Below are positions 39,378-52,500 of a stretch of 64,000 nucleotides of DNA, in pieces. Positions within the stretch are counted from its first letter, which is position 1. Each line of letters starts with the position of its first letter. Position numbers and translations under genes: made by a program. Location: the NCBI RefSeq assembly GCF_022045235.1, contig NW_027266330.1:7688001-7752000 (forward strand), written 5' to 3'. The notes beneath the pieces are model-generated. The model made no database searches. It worked only from the letters and a program-made list of their open reading frames with translations, and had not been told where the DNA came from. The stretch comes from Haliotis cracherodii. Its lineage: Eukaryota.

Positions 39378-39584
39378 TTGCATGGGTGAGGGGTATGAGG
39401 GAGCGGTACCAAGATGGCAACACCCAGTACAAGAATGGGTGAGCAAGTTTTACACCACTGTTACCAGCCTCCCTGCAATGCCACGCCGGGGATACCAAAA
39501 TGGTGTTTCACACATTGCACCCATGTTGAGCACAGCACCCGGGCATTCGACGTCATTTCCGAACACTTTAATCTCTTGGCTATT

Positions 39585-40072
39585 ATTGTGCAGAGTTGCG
39601 TCCCTTGGGTAAGCCAGAAACGTGTGATCGTGGGTTCGAATCCCGGTTCATCCGGATTATGTTTCTTTATTTGTAAGCACCATACTCATGCCCGGGGGTT
39701 TCACCAAAGTGGTGAACGTCTAAGACCTGCAACTCTTTAGGCTTTCACCCGCAGCAACCTGACACACTGATATAATTGGCGTTGGGGGCTAGGGTGGCCC
39801 AGTCGTCTAAGGCGCCGCGATTCGCTGTGCAGAGTTGCGTCCCTTGGACACGCCAGGTACCTATGATTGTGGGTTCGAATCCCGGTTCGCCCCGATTATG
39901 TTTCTAGGTTTGTCAGCACCATACCCGTGCTCGTGGGTTTTCACCGAAGTGGTAAACATCTGAGACCTGCATCACTTCGGGCTTTCCCCCCACATTAAGC
40001 TGTTAAAAGCGGCGTTAAACCAAACTCACCCACTCACTCACTCAAAGCGGTGTTAAACTCACTCACTCACTC
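39585..40072 (+). mobile_element. Nested family B SINEs (young copy ~39784-40043 inside the tail of an older copy)
   Basis: Older copy breaks after gatataattgg and resumes as aaagcggtgttaaactcactcac at 40044. Confidence 0.8.
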
Positions 40073-40329
40073 TCTCGATGATTATTTGATTAGACTAACT
40101 CTTACATAGGGTAGATCATTGTGTAATGGGACGTCAGTGGCACCTGAGAGTGAGTACGTAACAGTCAGTGTGTATAAAACATTTTAACATTTGCGTGCCA
40201 ATGACAATGTGACTATAAATTTATGCTTTTGTAATAATTTCACAGTTCTCTTTCCAATATAGACTGCTTATTTATGTAAATGACAATTGCAAGAAGTGTT
40301 GATTAACTTGATCTATTTAACCATCACTC

Positions 40330-40413
40330 CAATCTCATTAAAATCAGATCTTAGTTCTCGCTACCGCTTTGTTTAGCGGTAGCGAGAACTAAGATCTGAT
40401 TTTGATGAGATTG
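40330..40413. mobile_element. 84-bp hairpin MITE with 9-bp TSD (duplicate at 41448-41531)
   Basis: 39-bp arms caatctcattaaaatcagatcttagttctcgctaccgct, 6-nt loop, flanked by ccatcactc on both sides. Confidence 0.88.
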
Positions 40414-40516
40414 CCATCACTCATTCCTGCAACCGTTTGTAAAACGTAATCTGTGGGTTATATAGTGTAAAATAGATTGGTTCAATGACGACTGGGGAAA
40501 GAAATGAATTGACCCC

Positions 40517-43335
40517 TGGGGGAGACTCTCTACAAGGGTGTGGCAGTGTAGGGAGTTGTGTCACACACCGGGGGAGACTCTCTACCAGGGTGTGGCAGTG
40601 TAGAGAGCTGTGTCACTCACCGGCCGAGACTCTCTACCAAGGTGCGGCAGTGTAGGGAGCTGTGTCACACACCGAAGGAGACTCTCTACCAGGGTGTGGC
40701 AGTGTAGGGAGCTGTGTCACACACCGTGGGAGACTCTCTACCAGGGAGCGGCAGTGTAGGGAGCTGTGTCACACACCGGCCGAGACTCTCTACCAGGGTG
40801 TGGCAGTGTAGGGAGTTGTGTCACACACCGGGGGAGACTCTCTACCAGGGTGCGGCAGTGTAGGGAGTTGTGTCACACACCGGGGCAGACTCTCTACCAG
40901 GGTGTGGCAGTGTAGGGAGTTGTGTCACACACCGGGGCAGACTCTCTACCAGGGTGTGGCAGTGTAGGGAGCTGTGTCACACACCGTGGGAGACTCTCTA
41001 CCAGGGAGCGGCAGTGTAGGGAGTTGTGTCACACACCGGCCGAGACTCTCTACCAGGGTGTGGCAGTGTAGGGAGTTGTGTCACACACCGGGGGAGACTC
41101 TCTACCAGGGAGCGGCAGTGTAGGGAGCTGTGTCACACACCGGGGGAGACTCTCTACTAGAGTGTGGCAGTGTAGGGAGTTGTGTCACACACCGGGGCAG
41201 ACTCTCTACCAGGGTGTGGCAGTGTAGGGAGTTGTGTCACACACCGGGGTAGACTCAAAGCGGTGTTAAACTCACTCACTCACTAGTGTGTATAAAACAT
41301 TTTAACATTTGCGTGCCAATGACAATGTGACTATAAATTTATGCTTTTGTAATAATTTCACAGTTCTCTTTCCAATATAGACTGCTTATTTATGTAAATG
41401 ACAATTGCAAGAAGTGTTGATTAACTTGATCTATTTAACCATCACTCCAATCTCATTAAAATCAGATCTTAGTTCTCGCTACCGCTTTGTTTAGCGGTAG
41501 CGAGAACTAAGATCTGATTTTAATGAGATTGCCATCACTCATTCCTGCAACCGTTTGTAAAATGTAATCTGTGGGTTATATAGTGTAAAATAGATTGGTT
41601 CAATGACGACTGGGGAAAGAAATGAATTGACCCCTGGGGGAGACTCTCTACAAGGGTGTGGCAGTGTAGGGAGTTGTGTCACACACCGGGGGAGACTCTC
41701 TACCAGGGAGCGGCAGTGTAGGGAGCTGTGTCACACACCGGCCGAGACTCTCTACCAGGGTGTGGCAGTGTAGGGAGTTGTGTCACACACCGGGGGAGAC
41801 TCTCTACCAGGGTGTGGCAGTGTAGGGAGCTGTGTCACACACCGGGGGAGACTCTCTACTAGAGTGTGGCAGTGTAGGGAGTTGTGTCACACACCGGGGC
41901 AGACTCTCTACCAGGGTGTGGCAGTGTAGGGAGTTGTGTCACACACCGGGGCAGACTCTCTACCAGGGTGTGGCAGTGTAGGGAGCTGTGTCACACACCG
42001 TGGGAGACTCTCTACCAGGGAGCGGCAGTGTAGGGAGTTGTGTCACACACCGGCCGAGACTCTCTACCAGGGTGTGGCAGTGTAGGGAGTTGTGTCACAC
42101 ACCGGGGGAGACTCTCTACCAGGGTGCGGCAGTGTAGGGAGCTGTGTCACACACCGGGGGAGACTCTCTACTAGAGTATGGCAGTGTAGGGAGTTGTGTC
42201 ACACACCGGGGCAGACTCTCTACCAGGGTGTGGCAGTGTAGGGAGTTGTGTCACACACCGGGGTAGACTCTCTACCAGGGAGCGGCAGTGTAGGGAGCTG
42301 TGTCACACACCGGGGGAGACTCTCTACCAGGGTGCGGCAGTGTAGGGAGCTGTGTCACACACCGGGGGAGACTCTCTACCAGGGTGTGGCAGTGTAGGGA
42401 GCTGTGTCACACACCGGGGGAGACTCTCTACCAGGGTGCGGCAGTGTAGGGAGCTGTGTCACACAACGGGGGAGACTCTCTACCAGGGAGCGGCAGTGTA
42501 GGGAGCTGTGTCACACACCGGGGTAGACTCTCTACCAGGGAGCGGCAGTGTAGGGAGCTGTGTCACACACCGGGGGAGACTCTCTACCAGGGTGCTGCAG
42601 TGTAGGGAGCTGTGTCACACACCGGGGGAGACTCTCTACCAGGGAGCGGCAGTGTAGGGAGCTGTGTCACACACCGGGGGAGACTCTCTACCAGGGTGCT
42701 GCAGTGTAGGGAGCTGTGTCACACACCGGGGGAGACTCTCTACCAGGGAGCGGCAGTGTAGGGAGTTGTGTCACACACCGGGGGAGACTCTCTACCAGGG
42801 TGTGGCAGTGTAGGGAGCTGTGTCACAAAACGGGGGAGACTCTCTACCAGGGTGCGGCAGTGTAGGGAGCTGTGTCACACACCGGGGGAGACTCTCTACC
42901 AGGGTGCGGCAGTGTAGGGAGCTGTGTCACACACCGGGGGAGACTCTCTACCAGGGTGCTGCAGTGTAGGGAGCTGTGTCACACACCGGGGGAGACTCTC
43001 TACCAGGGTGCGGCAGTGTAGGGAGCTGTGTCACACAACGGGGGAGACTCTCTACCAGGGAGCGGCAGTGTAGGGAGCTGTGTCACACACCGGGGTAGAC
43101 TCTCTACCAGGGTGCTGCAGTGTAGGGAGCTGTGTCACACACCGGGGGAGACTCTCTACCAGGGTGTGGCAGTGTAGGGAGCTGTGTCACAAAACGGGGG
43201 AGACTCTCTACCAGGGTGCGGCAGTGTAGGGAGCTGTGTCACACACCGGGGGAGACTCTCCACCAGGGTGTGGCAGTGTAGAGAGCTGTGTCACACACCG
43301 GGGGAGACTCTCTACCAGGGAGCGGCAGTGTATGG
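40517..43335. repeat. 52-bp GC-rich minisatellite in two blocks (40517-41252, 41635-43335)
   Basis: Unit GGGGGAGACTCTCTACCAGGGTGTGGCAGTGTAGGGAGCTGTGTCACACACC. Confidence 0.97.
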
Positions 43336-43577
43336 GGCGGTAACACACACTGTCAGTGAAACGATGTGATGAAAGTAAATGAAGCGGAAATAAAATATTG
43401 CNNNNNNNNNNNNNNNNNNNNNNNNNNNNNNNNNNNNNNNNNNNNNNNNNNNNNNNNNNNNNNNNNNNNNNNNNNNNNNNNNNNNNNNNNNNNNNNNNNN
43501 NNNNNNNNNNNNNNNNNNNNNNNNNNNNNNNNNNNNNNNNNNNNNNNNNNNNNNNNNNNNNNNNNNNNNNNNNNNGA

Positions 43578-43812
43578 CAGATGACGATTTATAGTGCTAG
43601 CACACTGAGATACCATGCCGCAGTTTAACATGAATATCCCACTCAGACACAGGATACTGACTCCGAGCCGACCAGTCCTTGTTTTAGCCCCTTAATGCCG
43701 AGCGCCAGACAGAGCAACAACAAGTACCATCTTTTAACGTCTTTTGGTATGACAGGGCCGGGGATCGAACCCCCTCCGGGCGGACGCTCTACCACTAGAC
43801 CACGGAGGCGGT
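43578..43812 (-). mobile_element. tRNA-derived SINE with Meta-type core (family D); other copies 55222-55450 (-), 36048-36160 (+), 60155-60310 (+)
   Basis: Minus strand: gtggtctagtggtagagcg A box, ggttcgatccc B box, then cataccaaaagacgttaaaagatggtacttgttg core. Confidence 0.78.
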
Positions 43813-43829
43813 CTCAAGTGGCTGGTATA

Positions 43830-44890
43830 GGACGACACAGTTCCATGTATCAAGACACAGGCATGTCATGTATATATTAAATTATATATTCAAACACTCC
43901 TCATGATCTCGGTAAAGAAACAGCTGAATATTTAAAAAAAACAACAACCGTTCCCAAAATCCGAGAACCTTTATTATTACCTCGGAATACATTATCGATA
44001 GTATTAGGTGTATTCTGAACAATATTAATTTGAATTGTGATGCTGCTCATTATGAGCAAGATTAAGGCACAGAATTTGGGATAAAAATGGCCCCAGGTTA
44101 TGTGACATTTGCACTTGGATATTTGGGGGGGGGAATTTTTCTCACAGATTGATGAATAATTCGGCATTGAATTTGGACAGGGATTTCAAAACAAATGGAA
44201 AATATTTTTAGATGATTGTTTTGTTCTGTGGAAACTAAGTGAAGATAGAGTGACATTGTTAGATAGATATTCTACAGAAGCTCCATCCACGTATACGTTT
44301 TACTTTAGAGAAGAACAATAAACAGACTTTCCTTCCTAGGCGTATTGGTTTTAATATCAAACAATATATATACAATGTATAACAATACAATGTATATTAC
44401 AAACCAACCGATCACAAACAATATCTCAGTGACACTTTCTCTCACCCCGTCATACAAAAAACAGTGTCCCTTACTCATTCGCAAGTAGAATCTGCGCGAT
44501 AGTATCTTATTCAGATCGTGCACAATAAAGTCTCAATAAATTGATGGATTTACAATTAGAAAGAAACTACCCCAGAAAAATATTAGAAGACGCAATAAAC
44601 AAGGCTAAATCACCAAACCGTTGTGATCATCTAAAAACCTAACGTTATAAGTGATGAGAGTGTTCTCCCTTTTGTAACAACCTTTAATCCTCAAAACCCG
44701 GAAATATTTGGAAATGTTCGGGAGACATTATTTCTTTAAGTAAGTTTGACGAATTTGAACAAACAAATGTCTCTAAACACGTAACAGAAGCCGTAATCTT
44801 TAACAAAGTCTTACCAGGGCTTCTCTCTCACAAAGAAAACAAGAAGAATTTATAACAGGCCAAATTGTGGTCCTTGCCCTCGTGTATATA
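43830..44890 (+). pseudogene. Decayed Penelope-like element reverse transcriptase
   Basis: Hand translation of fragments: YSNTPHDLG, G..FG.KMAPGY, WKIFLDDCFVLW, LHPRIRFTLE, YYKPTDHKQYL, HPRHTKNSVPYSFASRI, RNYP, LPFVTTFNP, CGPCP; many frameshifts, missed by the ORF track. Confidence 0.82.
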
Positions 44891-44901
44891 CATACCGCAA
44901 A

Positions 44902-46244
44902 ACTGAACCGCAAAAGAAACGTCACCATGGATAGATATATGAGAAACCTTATTTGTCCAAACACTGTAAACAAACTTTCAGACATATCAAAGAGATGAAC
45001 CTCGGCAAAACTGATCATCAAGGTGGAAATGAAAGTGTCGAATGTTCTTACAGTGAAACACAACACTAGGCTCTGAGAAAATGGCATCACAAGTCAGTAT
45101 CTCGTGTGTCCGCCATGTGCATTGAAGACTGTCGTGCAACGTCGATACATGGAATGGATGAGGTGGTTGATGAAGGCCATAGGCACTTGAGCCCACACTC
45201 TGAGGAACGCCTGATACAGTTCAGCTGCAGTTGTCGGCCTTGGACGGACGTCATTCAGACATCTTTGAAACTCGTCCCACAGATGCTCAATTGGATTTAA
45301 ATCTGGACTGAAGGCACGCCACTGCATGGTTCTAATGCCATTTTGCTGGATGAAATCTCTTGTTGCTCTCGCAGTATGGGCACGGGCGTTTTCATGCTGA
45401 AACTTGTGGTTGCGGCGACGTGCCAAATGAGGTATGGCGTGTTGTCTCAAGACTTGATCAATGTACCGAGCTGCTGTGACACCATTGCCTCTCCCTGGAC
45501 CGATGTTCTGGAAGACCACAGGGCCGACACTCTGTGCAAGACCAATCACACCATGATGCTCTGACCACCGCACCAGTCTCTCTCAACAACACAAGCACCC
45601 GAATCACGTTTCCCACGGCGTCGCCAGACTCTCTCTCTCTCAATCGTTGATGCACGGTGTACGCAATAATGTGTCTGTCGAGCAGTTTCCGCAGTAGTAA
45701 CAAAGCGATCTTGAAGATGGTGTCGCACAATCTGACGATCCTGACGTCGGGTGGTGACCCTTGGTCTTCCATTACGTGGTCGGTCATCTGTAGTTTTGGT
45801 AGTCTGGTACCGTTGCTGGAGCCTGTATAGGGTCCTGACGTGGACTTGAAATGCATTGGCTGCTTTCCGGGCGGTTTGTCCAGCATGCAATCGTCCAAGG
45901 GCTTGGTGTCGCTGATTTCTTGTCAATCTTGGCACGTGGTAGCAATTCAATAACGATTGAATGTTATCCGATCTGGGTGTATTTTTTATAGGGCAAGATA
46001 TGGGGGAACGCATGTGCATTTCAATTTGCACGGAACTCACGTGCATCGTGTTACCATGGCCGTTGCCGTGATGCGTTAGGGCGATCGGTTTTATTGTCAT
46101 TAGCTTTGCTTTTTATCATCAAATTTCATTTTTCCGGACAAGGTTATGTTAAATTTTAGAAACTTTGACAAAAATTACCCAGATATTTAAATGACAACTT
46201 TTCATGCAATGTTACTTGGGGTGACGTTTCTTTTGCGGTTCAGT
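44902..46244 (-). mobile_element. Tc1-family DNA transposon, internally deleted; transposase pseudogene 45935->45094
   Basis: 25-bp TIRs actgaaccgcaaaagaaacgtcacc (44902-44926, 46220-46244); PRL..GRPRVTT HTH region, FQHENARAH, SPDLNPIEHLW, GGHTRY; region with first catalytic Asp missing. Confidence 0.92.
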
Positions 46245-48439
46245 ATATATATATCCGTGTAGAGTATTTTCTTTAGTACTCGTCATATCAGATAAACTGA
46301 TCATCCTCCTTTGCCAAATAAACTATCATCATATCATTTAGGGGCAGTCAAGCGCAAAATACGAGTTCAAACGGGGACATATTTTTTAAATTGGTAGTAA
46401 AAAACAAATTTGTTCAGGTCGTTGAACACATCAATACAGTTTAAAATTGACATTAAATTGAAGCTATTCCTATTTGAGTAATTGTCCCTTTCACCTAATA
46501 TTGATATTTATTATAACTGTGCTGTAAATATAATAACAGTTTTATTCCAACTTTTTTTGTATTAAATCAGCAGACTACTATACTAACTATTGTGCCCTCA
46601 AATTCATGTATTAAACCCGTCGAATGATTTCACGTTCATATAAACAAGATTTAAACCATGAATACCCATACCACCTGACGTATAAATAAGTGGTCTACGT
46701 GGTTGCACAACGAAGCGGTGCTTGTATCACATGGCGATCGCAGTACGAGTGATGGATAATATGATGATGGAATATGTTTGCTGTAAATGAAAATGTTTTT
46801 TAAACTCGTTAAGTTTGGGTTACGAATTGCAGCACAATCTCTGCAAGATAGAGAGTCTGATGTTTCAGATGACAACATGACAGCTTGCTACATATATTCC
46901 TGGTCACAGCCTGATACGCAGTGATAATTCTTATTTCGATTGCCCAAAAATATTGCACTTTATAATAACCTATCAGAATGCTATCTGCACGAATTGGGGA
47001 ACATGACAACAAGTAGTACCAATAAACAACAAAAAAGTAAAATTTATTATTTAACTAAACATTTGCCAATGATACAAGCCAAATACATAAACAAATATCA
47101 TACCCTAAATACATCAAAATATGAAAAGTTATTATAGGATATTAGGATATTATTTTCCTTTTAATATTGCACTGCATAAGACATGCGTTTTCCAACACCG
47201 TAAATGTTGTAATTAAACAGGAAGTGCTTGCCAGGTACAACCAGGTGATCAAACACTGTGCAATATTTTAGAACTGTCATTCTGGATCGATATTTATATG
47301 CAAAAAGATAAAGAATTATAGGAATTTGTAGAATTCACCATATATGATCATGAATAATCCTGAAAAGGTTTAAGGCAAAAACACTCTCTTATTAAAAAAC
47401 TACCTTTAACTGTTCGAAGTAACATGTTTTATTGTTTAATTGCCATGTCTCTATCTTAAGTAGATTTATAATATTGTGAGTATGTAAAGTACTATAGAAA
47501 TCCGTTTCTTTGTGACAGATGAAATTTTCAAAATTTTGAATCCGTCTCAAAATAGAATTAAAACATTATTGTACCCATTTTTATTTGTTTTTGTAAGGAA
47601 ATGGTGTCGATAGGATGAGAAATTTCAATGAGGGGAATATTAAAATGTTTGAAAGCGTTTACGTGTTAAAAACCCACTCAGTGACAATATCAGGCTCGGT
47701 CGGAAGAACAAAGACCTCTATTCTAGAATCTCTTTTTATTCCACATTGCGGGTGGGCGGTTAAAAACATACACTGGCAAAGGTTCCTTTAACCAAAGGGT
47801 AAACAGGTTAGATGTCTCTTATTGCCTGGAGCGTAGGATGCCTAAAATCTGACACGTAGAAATCCACGAAATATTGTGATAATTCCGTAGTAGAAAAACG
47901 CTGATGAGGACACATAACATGTTCAGCTTCCTTTGAAATTAAGTGCACGTGCACGTCTGAACAAGAAAAACGCCCTCCAATATGTCTTTAAAATGATTTA
48001 ATTCTTGAACAAATCTATCAATTCAAAAAAAGGAAGACATATTGCATGCATACAGGCACGGAACACCTAACATGGTTAGTTTTAAAAAGTGTCAAAACAC
48101 TTTAAATATTCATAAGAACTGTCTGCTAAAAGATGAGTCTGTTTACGGTTCTAGTTTTACCACGATCACGTGTTCCTGAATCACTTTCCAATAGTGATGA
48201 GTACGAAACAAACGCCAGGAAACGTAAAGACAGCATGATGAACTCATCCCGAGCAAAATCTAACGCTAGGGCTGGTATTTTTCAAACGTTGAAATTACAT
48301 TATAAGTACTTAGATCAATATCAAATAAAAAAGTAAGCGCCGTTAGGTAAAATACCCGAGCGTATACAGGATAAATCTGGTGTACTTAAGCGTTAAAAAG
48401 ATGGAGAAATAGCCACAGGGTTACACTTTCTGTCCCCCC

Positions 48440-48442
<3 letters not shown>

Positions 48443-48515
<73 letters not shown>
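48443..48515. repeat. (CT)n microsatellite
   Basis: Direct observation. Confidence 0.98.
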
Positions 48516-48521
<6 letters not shown>

Positions 48522-48812
48522 CTTATCGTGAAATAGTCTTTGCCGTAATTTCATTTTGATATTTTGATCGATAACTTCGATATCTAACTGTTTGCAATAT
48601 GCAGAGACAAAACAAATGTGTGCATTGGTCCCCCTTTGAAACACTCTGTGTTACTACGTGAATGATACACATTATGATACATACCCTACTATTTCCAAGT
48701 TTTGCACTCTTTCTTTGAATTCCGGGATTATTACTATTACTGAATAAGTATAACATTGTCTGTTTTCCATAGTTCATGTACAGTAGCTAACAGGATCGTG
48801 CAGTGTTTTATT

Positions 48813-49262
48813 ATAAGGGTAACGCTATTTTTCAGGGCATTATCATTTGCAGAAGCCCTAGGTCTTCCATTAACTGCCCGACGAAGGAGGGCAGTTGAAA
48901 AGACCGAGGGCTTCGGCAAATGATAATGCCCTGAAAATAGCGTTACCGTTATTATAGCTAAAATGGATGGAATTTGTTATCAAATAAAAAGAAACAACAA
49001 TGTCGATTTTGAAACATTTACTGCAATCAACACGAATGTCACTGACCCACTTTTACAAATATGGAAACGTCATAGAACAAACCAGATGACGTCACTATTG
49101 AACGTTACGTCACCTATCCCTATCCTATGACATCACCTAACAACGGGCGTGATAATGGCCCGTCGTCAAGTAATATGAGGTCATTATCAAGTTACAGTGG
49201 CCCGCTCATTTCTGATAACATGCGGGCGTTTTTATGATAATTCTATCCATTTTAGCTATAAT
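48813..49262. mobile_element. Compound foldback element (140-bp hairpin plus 24-bp inverted-repeat-bounded segment), possibly a Crypton-type non-autonomous element
   Basis: Hairpin 48813-48952; attatagctaaaatggatggaatt (48951) / aattctatccattttagctataat (49239-49262). Confidence 0.65.
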
Positions 49263-49562
49263 GTACGATATCGGGATTCAGGTTGACTTGAGCGTTCATG
49301 GTGTTTTGTGAGTACTCCTAGCCTTGCATCGTACCTACGTCTCTACTGCTTAATGGGGTGTAACATAAATAGCCACGTGACCTTAGCCAAAACAAACCAA
49401 GCTCATGATGACATAGAAATGACGTCCAATCATGCCTACTAACTGTTCTCTATGCCTAATGAGGCACAACGGTACAAGACACGTGATCAGTCAAGGAATA
49501 CAACATAAACGTGGCTGAACAAGCTGACTATAGCTGTTCGTAGGCTTCAGACACTCGTCACG

Positions 49563-52500
49563 ATGAAGCTCTTCTTGCCCATCCTCTTGTTGGTATCAGC
49601 GGTCAGTTGTGAAGTTACTAACGATCCGTTCAGCGCCGTTGTCTGCAAAAAACCATTTGAAGTTATATCACGAGACAACAATAACCTTGCTCTCTACATC
49701 AGATGTCGATTCTACATCCCTCGATTCGAAAGCTGTCCAAGAGATCAGATCTTCAGCATGCACAAAAAGTTTTGCGTGTATCCAGAGAGGCTGGTAAACT
49801 CATGTAACCGTGAGTATTTATTGTATTTGCATCGTATCTTTACTGTAGTGCTTCCCCTAAAACCCACCAGTAAATGTACCTAATAAAGTCTATATATTTA
49901 ATTATATATCATAGATACAAATATGAAATTTTGGAGCTCGATAGTCGCATGTTGTCGTTGTACAAAGGCATTGAAAACTGTTCATTGTCATGTCACATAA
50001 GACCACAACGTTGCGGCAGCAATCACGGCTCTGCATCTCCACGGCATTGATTGGATAAGTGTACGATTTCTGTCCTGCAGAATTCTGCGCCCTTCTGCCT
50101 GTAAAACGTTGGACAGTTGTCGGAGTGTCAGCGGTGTGTTCTGACGTTGACGTACACGTCGACCGAGTTCATCCCAGATGTGTTCAATTGGGTTGAGATG
50201 TGCAGATCTCGACGGCCAAGGAAAGTCGTTGATGTTGGTATTATGGAGGTAGTCTACCGTGACACGGGCTGTTTGCGGTGGAGCGTTGTCCTGTTGAAAC
50301 AACTCGCTCTGGTGGTCAATGATTGGAAGAAGGTGGGGTTGAAGAATTTGATTCATGTAGCGATTTGCTGATTTTATTGTTTGTTTGTTGATTTCCGTAA
50401 AGCATTCGATTCGATTAACCGAAATCTCCTGTGGTATTCATTAATGAAAAATGGAATACATGGTCGTTTATTGGTGGTTTTGAAGGATCTATACTCTAAG
50501 ATTCAGTGTGCTGTCAGGACATCAAATAACTCTCTTTTAGATTATTTCGAATCACTGAGTGGTGTAAGACAGGGCTGCGTGTTGAGTCCTTTTCTGTTCA
50601 CGATGTTTATCCATGAATTACAGTCAATGATAGAAAGTAGTGATATGCGAGGGATTTTTATTGGAGAGGAGTTTATGGACATATTACTTTTACTATATGC
50701 AGATGATTTGTGTATTTTTGATGACACAGTAATAGGTCTGCAAAGAAAAATTGATATTTTATCCAATTTTTGTAAAAAGTGGGGACTTGAAATTAACATG
50801 TCTAAAACCGAAATTTTGGTTTTCAGAAGAGGTGGTACTTTAAGGTATGATGAACGATGGTTTTTGAATGATAAACGTATAAATGTTAGTACTTACTATA
50901 GTTATCTGGGTGTTCTGTTTTCAAATAGATTGTCTTGGACTAAATGCATTGATACTCTCAAGATAAAAGCCAATAAGGCTTTGTTTGCCATTAAACAATT
51001 GCAATTTCACTTTGTAAATATGCCAGTTAATATTTTATTTAAATTGTTTGATATTAAGATAAAGCCCATTCTTCTTTATGGTGCCGAGATCTGGGGCTTC
51101 AAAGGTAGTCAAATTGTCGAAACTTTTCATACTAAGTTTTGTAAATTTGTTTTAGGAGTTGGTAAATATGTATCAAGTACGGCAATATTAGCTGAAAGTG
51201 GAAGAAATGGTTTGCATGTGGATTATCATATGAAGTGTGTTAAATACTGGTGTAAACTGATTAGAATGAATGATGAAAGATATCCCCGACAGTGTTATTT
51301 GTTAATGAAGAAGCTGGATGAATGTGGTAGAATTACTTGGGCAACTCATGTTAAATATTTACTCGACATATATGGATTTGGTAATGTGTGGTACGAACAG
51401 AATATTGGTGATGTTAAGTGTTTCTTGCAGCTGTTTAGACAACGTTTGTTGGATTGCAACAAACAGAGTATACAGATGAAAATTTATGAGTCTCGTAAAT
51501 TAAGGTATTATTCACACGTCAAGATATTATTGGATATGGAATATTATGTTACAGCTTTCAGAAATAGAGACCATAGACGTATGATGTGCCTGTTGCGATT
51601 AAGTGAATTGCCTATACGGAGTAATCTGGGCAGAAGAGAGGATATTGATTCTTCACAACGCTTTTGTCGGCTATGTAACAATGGTTGTATTGAGGACGAA
51701 GTCCATTTTGTGTTTGTCTGCCCGTTTTACGCAACATTAAGACAAAAGTTTATCCCTGTAAGATTCTATAGCAATCCATGTATTAAGACTTTTAGTAATC
51801 TCTTAAATAGCAAAAATGACTGTATACTCAGAAATGTAGCTAAGTATGTGAAGGAAGCCCTATTATTACGTACCAAGTCGTAATATTCTACCCTTAAGAT
51901 TGTTTGCAATGTAAAGTGTCTCAATTGTATATTACTATATATAACTGAAATGTACATGGGCCTATGGCCGCCCATACATGAATAAACACACTGAACTCAT
52001 TTGCTGTCAAATTTCCCTGAACCACAACCAAGTCAGATTCCGTGGTCTAGGATATGGCCCCCCGACACCATGACACTACCGCCACAAAAACTGTCGAATT
52101 CACGTACACAGTGTGGGGCAAAACGCTCATTTCGACGACTATAAACACGTTGTCTTCCATCCCGCCTGTGAACAAGAAATCGTGATTCATCGCTAACCAC
52201 ACTCGTCTCCAGTTTCTCAAATTCCAAGGCTGTAAGGTATAGCACCAACGCAAGCGTCGCTGTCGATGGATCTGTTGCAAAACAGGGACGATAACTGGTC
52301 TTCTGGGTCGGATTCCAGCCTCGCGAAGATGGTTCCCGACAGTCTTGTCCGATATCCTCCTCAAACCAGGGATGCGTCCTGCAGTCTCCCTAGCTGTGTG
52401 GCATTGCGATGACATAGGTGGAACGGTCGAAAGTAGCGATCGCGGACGGTGTGCAGTGGAACTGAAGTGTGTGTTTCGGTCTCAAAGGCGGCAAATGGTG

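Noticed and set aside
49810-49883. Unspliced 106-aa (and 105-aa, 59699-59769) versions of the peptides
   Set aside because: Consensus GTGAGT donor plus a homologous downstream exon with acceptor and AATAAA in both copies favour splicing; intron retention not excluded
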